A DNA stretch of 64,000 bases from a virus (taxonomy: Duplodnaviria > Caudoviricetes), in the IMG/VR virus record IMGVR_UViG_3300025674_000014, one strand, 5' to 3'. The notes beneath the pieces are model-generated. The model saw only the letters and a list, made by a program, of their open reading frames with translations. It did no database searches and was not told the origin of the DNA. The position numbers and the translations under genes are program-made. The stretch's first letter is position 1; every line of letters begins with the position of its first letter. Positions 54,168 to 61,493 of the stretch are shown here, piece by piece.

Positions 54168-55769
54168 ATGGCTAACATCGCAATCTACGGCTCGCATAAT
54201 GGCGCTATTGCCTTGGAAAATAACGGTGAATATCACGTTATTGAATTTGAACGTTTTTTTAATGTAAAAAATATTGGTCTAGCACAATACAAGCCTCTTC
54301 GTTATAGAGAAGAAGCTGTTTATGCAATGTTAGACTACATTGATAAGGAACTAGGATTTAAAGCTCCTTTCGATAACATGATTCACATTAATACTGAATG
54401 TGTTCATGACGATATTACTTACAGTTACAAGGATTATATTCCTGCTAAGAACGTTTATGAAGGTTGGCACCATCATGCACATGCAAGTGGATCCTTCTAT
54501 CAATCTGATTTTAAACAGGCCTTAATTTTTAGTTTCGACGGCGGTGGTAATGATGGTTTTTTCAACATCTTTTTAGCCGATAGAAAAAATGGTGTTACAT
54601 ATCTTGATAAAACCAACCCCGCCGATCGAACTAAATACGACTTCGACTTTGGGTTCCCATATATGTGTTTTGCACACTTTTGCAAAGACATTAAACAGGA
54701 ATGGATTTCAGATGGTAACCTAGTATACAGTGGTAAGATCATGGGACTCTGTAACTTTGGTAAGAGCAGAGATGAATGGTTACCTCACTTTAAGAAATTT
54801 TATTATGCTAAACCAGATGGTGAAAATTATATTAGATTCTTAAAAGAGTATATTGGAGATCCTTGTGGTTTGGTGTTTGATGAAAACAATAGACTTGAAG
54901 GTCAGTTAAGTTGGGACGTTGCAGCTACATCTCAAAAGGCTTTTGAAGAGTGCTTTTATGAAGTAGCTAAGCCTTATTTAGACAAATATGAGTTACCTAT
55001 TATTATTACTGGTGGGTGTGGTCTTAACATATTACTTAGCACTGATCTACGGCAGCGTTATCCTGAACGGGGTGTCTTCGTGGCTCCTAACACTAATGAT
55101 TGTGGAATTGCTGTTGGGTTATTGGCCGGTTTTAATAAACCCGATACTCCTATTGATATTACATACGGTGGTACGGAACTAATCGATAAAAATACATACC
55201 CTGCTTGGATTGAAAGTAACGTTGCCAAGCCAGTTACATTTAATGCTATTGTTAGTGAACTATGTAGTGGTAAAATCTTTGGAGTTGCAAGAGGTAGGTG
55301 TGAACACGGCCCTAGAGCTCTTGGTAACAGGTCAATTATCTGTAACCCAGCCTTCCCTGAGATGAAAGATATTCTTAACCATAAAGTTAAGCATAGGGAA
55401 TGGTACAGACCATTTGCCCCGGTATGTAGACTAGAAGATGCGTCTAAGTACTTTGAATGGGAAGGAGAATCAAGGCACATGTTATATTGTCCAAGGGTAA
55501 GACCTGAATGGCAAGATAAGCTTTCATCTATTACCCATATTGATGGTACTGCAAGACTTCAAACAGTAACAAGAGAACAAAATGAATGGTTATATGACCT
55601 TCTTACTGAGTTTGAAAAGAAAGCAGGTCATGGGGTTCTTCTCAATACTTCATTTAATATTGCAGGTAAACCAATTCTCAATACTATTGCCGATGCTATG
55701 TGGGTGTTAGAACACTCACAAATGGATTATCTCATTATTGAAGATTTTTACTATGGTAAACATTGGTAA
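54168..55769 (+). CDS. NodU/CmcH-family carbamoyltransferase
   Basis: SHN, E.ERF...K, HH.AHA..SF, DGGG, GKIMGL, GG..LN, P..ND.G, G..E.GPRALGNRSI, K.RE.YRPFAP, DGT.R.QTV, LNTSFN. Confidence 0.92.
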   Translation: MANIAIYGSHNGAIALENNGEYHVIEFERFFNVKNIGLAQYKPLRYREEAVYAMLDYIDKELGFKAPFDNMIHINTECVHDDITYSYKDYIPAKNVYEGWHHHAHASGSFYQSDFKQALIFSFDGGGNDGFFNIFLADRKNGVTYLDKTNPADRTKYDFDFGFPYMCFAHFCKDIKQEWISDGNLVYSGKIMGLCNFGKSRDEWLPHFKKFYYAKPDGENYIRFLKEYIGDPCGLVFDENNRLEGQLSWDVAATSQKAFEECFYEVAKPYLDKYELPIIITGGCGLNILLSTDLRQRYPERGVFVAPNTNDCGIAVGLLAGFNKPDTPIDITYGGTELIDKNTYPAWIESNVAKPVTFNAIVSELCSGKIFGVARGRCEHGPRALGNRSIICNPAFPEMKDILNHKVKHREWYRPFAPVCRLEDASKYFEWEGESRHMLYCPRVRPEWQDKLSSITHIDGTARLQTVTREQNEWLYDLLTEFEKKAGHGVLLNTSFNIAGKPILNTIADAMWVLEHSQMDYLIIEDFYYGKHW

Positions 55770-55781
55770 TAGTTCTATAAT
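55754..55781 (+). promoter_or_regulatory. early/middle-type promoter for queC
   Basis: TGGTAA-N16-TATAAT, ATG 7 nt later. Confidence 0.7.
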
Positions 55782-55788
55782 ATAGCAT

Positions 55789-56586
55789 ATGAGTGAAAGA
55801 AAACTACGTAGAGCTGTAATGCCATTTAGTGGTGGTATGGATAGTGCTGTTATGCTTAACATGGCTCAAACAGCACATGATGAATTATATTGTATTACTT
55901 TTGATTACGGTCAACGTCATAAGCGTGAGATCGAATGTGCTAAAACTCAAATTGAACATAATGAAGTAAGGTCATTTAGTCACTCGTTTGAGTTTCATCG
56001 TATCTATCATAAGATTATCGATGTGTCATTTATTAAGGAACTTGCAACTACTAGTTCACTTACTAATACTGATATTGATAACCCTGATGTTAAAGATATG
56101 GTTGGTGAAGCTCAACCAGCTAGTTATGTACCTTTTAGGAACCAGTTGTTTCTAAGTATTGCATGTGCTTATGCTGAGTCTATTGGTGCTGATACCGTAT
56201 ATCATGGTGCAACCCAAGTTGATAGTCTTGCTGGTTACTGGGATGGTAGTCCTGAATTCCAAGATAGTTTTAATAAACTGATTAGTCTTAATAGACAAAA
56301 TCAAATTGTAGTTAAATGTCCATTGATTAACCTTAGCAAGAAAGACATTATTCTATCTGGTATTAGTAACAGGGTAGATTTTGGTGAAACATATACGTGT
56401 TATAGTGGTGATGAAATTGCTGATGCAACTACACCAAGTAGTGCACTACGTATTAAGGGTTTTTGTGATGCTGGTTATATTGACCCTCAACCATATAAGC
56501 AAGATCTTACATCATTATGGGAAGAGCATGACTGTAAGCCATGCCCTACTGGGTTCTTTTTACAAAAAGGAGGTACTAGAGGTTAA
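55789..56586 (+). CDS. queC: 7-cyano-7-deazaguanine synthase QueC, degenerate Zn site
   Basis: FSGGMDS, F.YGQRH..E, SSLT, YVPFRN..FLS.A, Y.D....F, P....SK..I, TY.CY. Confidence 0.88.
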   Translation: MSERKLRRAVMPFSGGMDSAVMLNMAQTAHDELYCITFDYGQRHKREIECAKTQIEHNEVRSFSHSFEFHRIYHKIIDVSFIKELATTSSLTNTDIDNPDVKDMVGEAQPASYVPFRNQLFLSIACAYAESIGADTVYHGATQVDSLAGYWDGSPEFQDSFNKLISLNRQNQIVVKCPLINLSKKDIILSGISNRVDFGETYTCYSGDEIADATTPSSALRIKGFCDAGYIDPQPYKQDLTSLWEEHDCKPCPTGFFLQKGGTRG

Positions 56587-57167
56587 TAGTCCTCTAAATC
56601 GTCGTCCTGATATTCGGACATATCATCATCAGGGCGATCATCAATTTCATCATACTCCGTGTCCATAGAAGCGGTGGGATCAACATAATCAGCAGTAGTT
56701 GGTTCCACCGCTTCGCCACCTTTAATGTTAATTTCGTCTAAGTAACCATCAGCTATCATTCCACCTAAAAGTACTTCTGCTTCCTTTTTATCCATTCCTG
56801 TTTTAGTAAGGAACTCCATTATGTCTTTAGCTTTTGCTGAATCGTCTGCTTCAACATATCTTACAACATCACGTTGAGCTGTGTTTAATCTTTCTTCGTA
56901 CGATTTATCAGCAACTTTAAATTCTCTATTACCAAGTTTAACCTTATTACTGGTTTTTTCTTTTCGTTGTCTTGTTGCTCTTGATCTTACACCAGAACCT
57001 TTACCTTTTAACCTCATCATCATTTCATAATAAGACTCTTTTCTTTCTTCACCGGTGTCAGGATCTACGACAGTTTTACGTTCTCTATCTTTGTATTGTT
57101 TTTTACGCCCTTCTTCAATGGACTGCATATACGATTCAAATAGAAATTGATTTTCTCTGTCTTTCAT
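56583..57167 (-). CDS. hypothetical late protein (basic N-half, acidic C-tail)
   Basis: TAAATA 6 nt upstream; MKDRENQFLFESYMQSIEEG. Confidence 0.6.
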   Translation of the reverse strand: MKDRENQFLFESYMQSIEEGRKKQYKDRERKTVVDPDTGEERKESYYEMMMRLKGKGSGVRSRATRQRKEKTSNKVKLGNREFKVADKSYEERLNTAQRDVVRYVEADDSAKAKDIMEFLTKTGMDKKEAEVLLGGMIADGYLDEINIKGGEAVEPTTADYVDPTASMDTEYDEIDDRPDDDMSEYQDDDLEDY

Positions 57168-57173
57168 TATTAT

Positions 57174-57179
57174 TATTTA
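57174..57179 (-). promoter_or_regulatory. gp55-type late promoter
   Basis: TAAATA, ATG 6 nt later. Confidence 0.7.
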
Positions 57180-57183
57180 ATAT

Positions 57184-57795
57184 ATGTGTGCAATATTTGG
57201 TACAAAAAATAAAGAACAATTTGATTCATTATATGAACTAAATCATAAACGTGGTGGGTTTGCATTCAGTGCAGTTTTTAGGAACAAAGAAGGTAAGTTT
57301 ATGACTACTAAAGGTCGTAAATATATCAAACCACTAAGTAATGCAAAGTATATTCTAGCCCATGACCAAGCCCCTACTTCTTCAGTTCGGTTGTATGATT
57401 ACCGTACTTCTCACCCGTTTGTTTGTGGTGAGTGGGTGGTGGCACATAATGGTGTATTAACTAATCATAAGGAACTGTTAAAAGAACACAATTGTGATGT
57501 TGATAGTAGTTATATACCCGCTCTTCTCGATAAGGAGACTAAAGGAGAAGTAACTTCTATTGAAAATGTGTGTAGTTTATTAGAAGGTACATTTGCTTGT
57601 TGGATAGTTAATAGAACAAGTGGTAACATTTACTTGGTTAAACAAGGTAGTACGCTATTTTATGATGGTGCTACATTTTCATCGGTAAAATTTACTGGTA
57701 GTTATGCATTGAGAGACGGGGTTGTTTATCTTGTTGAAGATACAATTGCTCCAATTGGTAAGTTTAAAAGTAACAGTCCTTTTGCATTGATATAG
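57184..57795 (+). CDS. class II (Ntn) glutamine amidotransferase
   Basis: N-terminal MC.IFG, RG, AH..APT, HPF, VAHNG, DS. Confidence 0.8.
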   Translation: MCAIFGTKNKEQFDSLYELNHKRGGFAFSAVFRNKEGKFMTTKGRKYIKPLSNAKYILAHDQAPTSSVRLYDYRTSHPFVCGEWVVAHNGVLTNHKELLKEHNCDVDSSYIPALLDKETKGEVTSIENVCSLLEGTFACWIVNRTSGNIYLVKQGSTLFYDGATFSSVKFTGSYALRDGVVYLVEDTIAPIGKFKSNSPFALI

Positions 57796-57820
57796 ACAGC
57801 TACTTTATAAAATATTTTAT

Positions 57821-58900
57821 ATGAAAAGAGCACTCGTATGCGGCGGAGGTGGTTTCATTGGAAGTCACCTCGTTTCCCGTCTTAAAGAAGAAGGATACTG
57901 GGTTAGAGCAGTAGACCTTAAGGAACCGGAATTTTCAACAACCAAAGCTGATGAATTTGTTGGTGGTGATTTAACTGACTATAACTTTGTTCGTGAAGTA
58001 ATTGTAACTGGTGATTATTTCCATAAACCACCTATTCAATATAGAGAGCAGTTCGATGAAATCTATCAACTTGCTGCTGATATGGGTGGCGCTGGTTATA
58101 TTTTTACTGGTGAAAACGATGCTAATGTTATGCAGAACTCAGCATCTATTAACTTAAATATATTAAAGGCTGTAGATGAGTCGAACCTGTTTTTTCGATC
58201 TGATTGGTATCATGAGGCACGTTTAGAACACACTTCTTATAAACCTATTGATACTAAGATATTCTACAGTAGCTCAGCGTGTATGTACCCTGAACATAAC
58301 CAATTAGACCCGGAGAACCCTAACTGTGAAGAAAGTTCCGCATACCCGGCCAACCCAGATAGTGAATATGGATGGGAAAAGCTATTTAGCGAAAGGTTAT
58401 ACCTTGCTTATAATCGGAATAGGGGTATACCCGTTCGTATTGCACGTTTTCACAATATTTTCGGACCTGAAGGAACATGGAAAGGTGGAAGAGAAAAGGC
58501 CCCAGCAGCATTATGTAGAAAGTTTGCCGAAGCCGAATCAGGAGACACCATAGAAGTATGGGGTGACGGTGAACAAACACGGTCTTTCTTATATGTTCAT
58601 GAGTGTGTTGAGGGTATCCGTCGTTTAATGGAATCAGACTTTACCGGTCCAGTTAATATTGGTTCAGATGAGATGGTAACTATTAATAAAATGGTAGAAT
58701 ACCTTAAATCCATTAGCGGTAAATCACTAAAACCAGTACATAAGTTAGATGCACCAACAGGAGTGCGTGGAAGAAACAGTGATAATAAGCTTATCCAAGA
58801 AAAGCTTGGTTGGTCACCTAATTTTTCCTTAAAAGATGGGTTACAACTTACCTATAGATGGATTCTTGAACAAGTAAAACTTGATAAACAAAAGGCATAA
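57821..58900 (+). CDS. GDP-mannose 3,5-epimerase-like NAD-dependent epimerase
   Basis: GGGGFIGSH, QLAADMGGAG.I, YSSSAC.YP, YG.EKL, RFHNIFGP.G.W.GGREKAPAA.CRK. Confidence 0.85.
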   Translation: MKRALVCGGGGFIGSHLVSRLKEEGYWVRAVDLKEPEFSTTKADEFVGGDLTDYNFVREVIVTGDYFHKPPIQYREQFDEIYQLAADMGGAGYIFTGENDANVMQNSASINLNILKAVDESNLFFRSDWYHEARLEHTSYKPIDTKIFYSSSACMYPEHNQLDPENPNCEESSAYPANPDSEYGWEKLFSERLYLAYNRNRGIPVRIARFHNIFGPEGTWKGGREKAPAALCRKFAEAESGDTIEVWGDGEQTRSFLYVHECVEGIRRLMESDFTGPVNIGSDEMVTINKMVEYLKSISGKSLKPVHKLDAPTGVRGRNSDNKLIQEKLGWSPNFSLKDGLQLTYRWILEQVKLDKQKA

Positions 58901-58909
58901 GTATATAAT
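58881..58909 (+). promoter_or_regulatory. early/middle-type promoter for gene 41 (17-nt spacer variant)
   Basis: TTGATA-N17-TATAAT, ATG 11 nt later. Confidence 0.6.
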
Positions 58910-58920
58910 CGTCTACGTAT

Positions 58921-60249
58921 ATGAGTAGACAAACGTTAGACTTAGATTATTTCGAAAAAGTCGTGGTGTACAAGAGTCTTACTGATGATCGTTACTTAGC
59001 ATCAGTTATAGACCATGTACAGCCACGATTTTTTACTGATGAAAGCTTTAAACGTGTATTTACGTTAATTACGTCTTTCTTTCAAAAGAGATTTACCGTA
59101 CCTACTAAGACAGAGATATTATCTTTCTGTAATACACCTGAACTTAAGGAAGATTTCAAGAACACCGTTAAGAAGATAAAAGATATTGATAAAAACTTAA
59201 ATGTTGACGAGTTATATCAAAATACGGAACGGTTTCTTAAAGAAAAGTCAGTTTACCATACAATGACTGATGTGGCTGATGATTGTTCTAAAGGTGATAT
59301 TAACCCAGCTTCTATTTTTGATAAGTTTGAGAAGTGTTGTAGTATTAATCTATCAGTAGATACAGGGTTTGACTTCTTACGTTCATATTCACGGTTGATT
59401 GAAGACCTTAAGACCGAAGAACCGACTATATCATCAGGTTGGCAATGGTTAGATAATAAGCTTGATGGTGGGTTCCTTGAGAACGGTAGGTCTATTTACA
59501 TATTTGCTGGTGAAACTAATGTTGGTAAGTCAATTGTGTTAGGTAACATAGCATGTAACATAGCTAAACAAGGTAAGACAGTATTATTGGTTAGTCTTGA
59601 GATGTCTGAAATGGTTTATGCTAAGAGATTAGCTGGTAACTTAACAGGTATTGAAGTTAATAATCTTAGATATGAATTACCTCAGTTAGAAGATAAGTTA
59701 CAATCATTTATTACTAATAACCCAACTAGTAGATTGTTAATTAAGGAGTTTCCACCTAGTACTATTACGCCTTCCCAATTAGGTGCCTTTATTAAGAAGA
59801 TACAACAGAATGGAGTTGAGTTAGATGCTATTGTACTTGATTATGTTAACCTAATGCATTCACCAATGGGTAATAACAGCTATGAAAGAGTTAAGATAGC
59901 TACAGAACAGGTACGAGCCTTGTCATATCAGTATAACTGCCCTGTTATTACTGCAACACAGTTGAATAGGTCAGGTTATGATAAGGAAGATCCTAGTCTT
60001 GATACTATTGGTGAAAGTATGGGGTTGGCAATGGGTGCTGATGCTATCTTTTCCGTATTTCAGAAAGAAGAAGACAGGGACTTAGACATCATTCGTATGG
60101 GTGTTATGAAGAACCGTTTCGGACCTAATCATGGTACTAGTGAGTTTAGTATTCATTACCCAACTCTTACTATTAGTGATGGTGATATACATGACATTGG
60201 TAGTACTTCGGCTGATGTTATATCAGTCATGGATGGTTTAGGTAAATAG
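58921..60249 (+). CDS. 41: replicative DNA helicase gp41 (DnaB-like)
   Basis: AGETNVGKS, VSLEMSE, IKEFP, LDYVNL, TATQ.NR.G, KNRFG. Confidence 0.92.
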   Translation: MSRQTLDLDYFEKVVVYKSLTDDRYLASVIDHVQPRFFTDESFKRVFTLITSFFQKRFTVPTKTEILSFCNTPELKEDFKNTVKKIKDIDKNLNVDELYQNTERFLKEKSVYHTMTDVADDCSKGDINPASIFDKFEKCCSINLSVDTGFDFLRSYSRLIEDLKTEEPTISSGWQWLDNKLDGGFLENGRSIYIFAGETNVGKSIVLGNIACNIAKQGKTVLLVSLEMSEMVYAKRLAGNLTGIEVNNLRYELPQLEDKLQSFITNNPTSRLLIKEFPPSTITPSQLGAFIKKIQQNGVELDAIVLDYVNLMHSPMGNNSYERVKIATEQVRALSYQYNCPVITATQLNRSGYDKEDPSLDTIGESMGLAMGADAIFSVFQKEEDRDLDIIRMGVMKNRFGPNHGTSEFSIHYPTLTISDGDIHDIGSTSADVISVMDGLGK

Positions 60250-60277
60250 TTGAAGAAATGATGTTTATTACTAATTA
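60250..60277 (+). promoter_or_regulatory. early/middle-type promoter (imperfect -10) for DHH gene
   Basis: TTGAAG-N16-TAATTA, ATG 6 nt later. Confidence 0.55.
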
Positions 60278-60283
60278 TTCTTA

Positions 60284-61180
60284 ATGTCCGGTAGGTGTTA
60301 TGTATTTACTGATGCTGATTTAGATGGTGTTGGTAGTTTTATGGTTAGTAGGTGGTTAAAGGGTATAACATCCTTTACCACAACTACTCATAAACACTTT
60401 AGAGAAGATTTTGTTAGGTGGTTGTCGTCTAATAAGCTTTCCGACTATGAAAAAGTCTATATATTCGACATCAACGTTGCTGAACATTTTGATTTACTTG
60501 ATCATCCTAACGTTAACGTTATTGATCACCATAATGGTAAAGATGGTTACGTAAATTTTAATAAAGCTACGTTGGTGCTCGACCAAGACTTTAGTTCTAC
60601 TACTAAGTTAGTACTTAAAACATTTCTTCGTGAAGATCCTTCCTTAAGTTCCAAGTTAACTCATCAAATAGCCAAGTTTGTTAACCTTGTGGATGATTAT
60701 GATAGCTATAAATTAGCTTTACCTGACAGTATCGGTCTTAATAACGTGTTATGGTCGTATACCGGTAACCGTGTTACTAAGTTCTTAGAAGAGTTTAGTT
60801 TAGGCTTTAATGGTTTCAGTACGTTCCATAAAAACATGATAGCTATAGCCGAAAAGAAGGTACAAGATACAGTTAATACTGTTGATACGTTCATGGTTAA
60901 CTTTCCTATAGATGGAAAGGAACGTAAAGTGGTGTGTATTCAATGTGACCATAACATAAATGAAGTAGCTTATGAAGTTTTAAAGAAACATAACGCAGAT
61001 ATTTGTTTAGTTGTTAATTTAAAATCAAAAAGTGTAAGTTTTAGAAAATCAAAGTCGTGTAACGTTAACCTTTCTAAGTTAGCTAACAAGTTATGTGACG
61101 GTGGAGGTCATTCTGACTCTGCAGGCGGAGCAGTTAATGAAAAATTTCTTAAATTAAGTAAGATGTTTACTAAAATATGA
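60284..61180 (+). CDS. DHH/DHHA1 phosphoesterase (RecJ/NrnA-like)
   Basis: D.DLDG, FDI, IDHH, D, GGGH..SAG. Confidence 0.8.
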   Translation: MSGRCYVFTDADLDGVGSFMVSRWLKGITSFTTTTHKHFREDFVRWLSSNKLSDYEKVYIFDINVAEHFDLLDHPNVNVIDHHNGKDGYVNFNKATLVLDQDFSSTTKLVLKTFLREDPSLSSKLTHQIAKFVNLVDDYDSYKLALPDSIGLNNVLWSYTGNRVTKFLEEFSLGFNGFSTFHKNMIAIAEKKVQDTVNTVDTFMVNFPIDGKERKVVCIQCDHNINEVAYEVLKKHNADICLVVNLKSKSVSFRKSKSCNVNLSKLANKLCDGGGHSDSAGGAVNEKFLKLSKMFTKI

Positions 61181-61470
61181 AAATCTCAAGTAACAACCCT
61201 TTAGAAAATACGTATGTTAAAGAGACAACTCATACGTTTATGGGGTTTTGTTCCTTTATTTCTATTTTACATAACAAAAAAATTAATTTACCTAACATCT
61301 TTATAATGCTTCTTAAAGATAGGAAGCTTAGAACATTTTTTAAAGAACTTTTAGACATTGATACTGATTATGAATTTGTTCAAATGTTTTTATTCTTTGA
61401 TCCCTCTCTTCATAAAAGCAAATACATAATGAAGTATGTCAATAGTAGGAGAAAAAACTTGATATTGTAG
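61177..61470 (+). CDS. hypothetical protein (position and size of T4 gp33)
   Basis: 97 aa; positional argument only. Confidence 0.45.
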   Translation: MKISSNNPLENTYVKETTHTFMGFCSFISILHNKKINLPNIFIMLLKDRKLRTFFKELLDIDTDYEFVQMFLFFDPSLHKSKYIMKYVNSRRKNLIL

Positions 61471-61486
61471 AGTTTATCTTTATTAT
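61459..61486 (+). promoter_or_regulatory. early/middle-type promoter for ORF 61494
   Basis: TTGATA-N16-TATTAT, ATG 7 nt later. Confidence 0.8.
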
Positions 61487-61493
61487 TGACTTA

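Noticed and set aside
21583-56586. que genes as auxiliary genes for host tRNA queuosine
   Set aside because: No QueF, TGT or QueA was seen, and the genes share the replication-class promoter, so DNA modification is favoured; not formally excluded.
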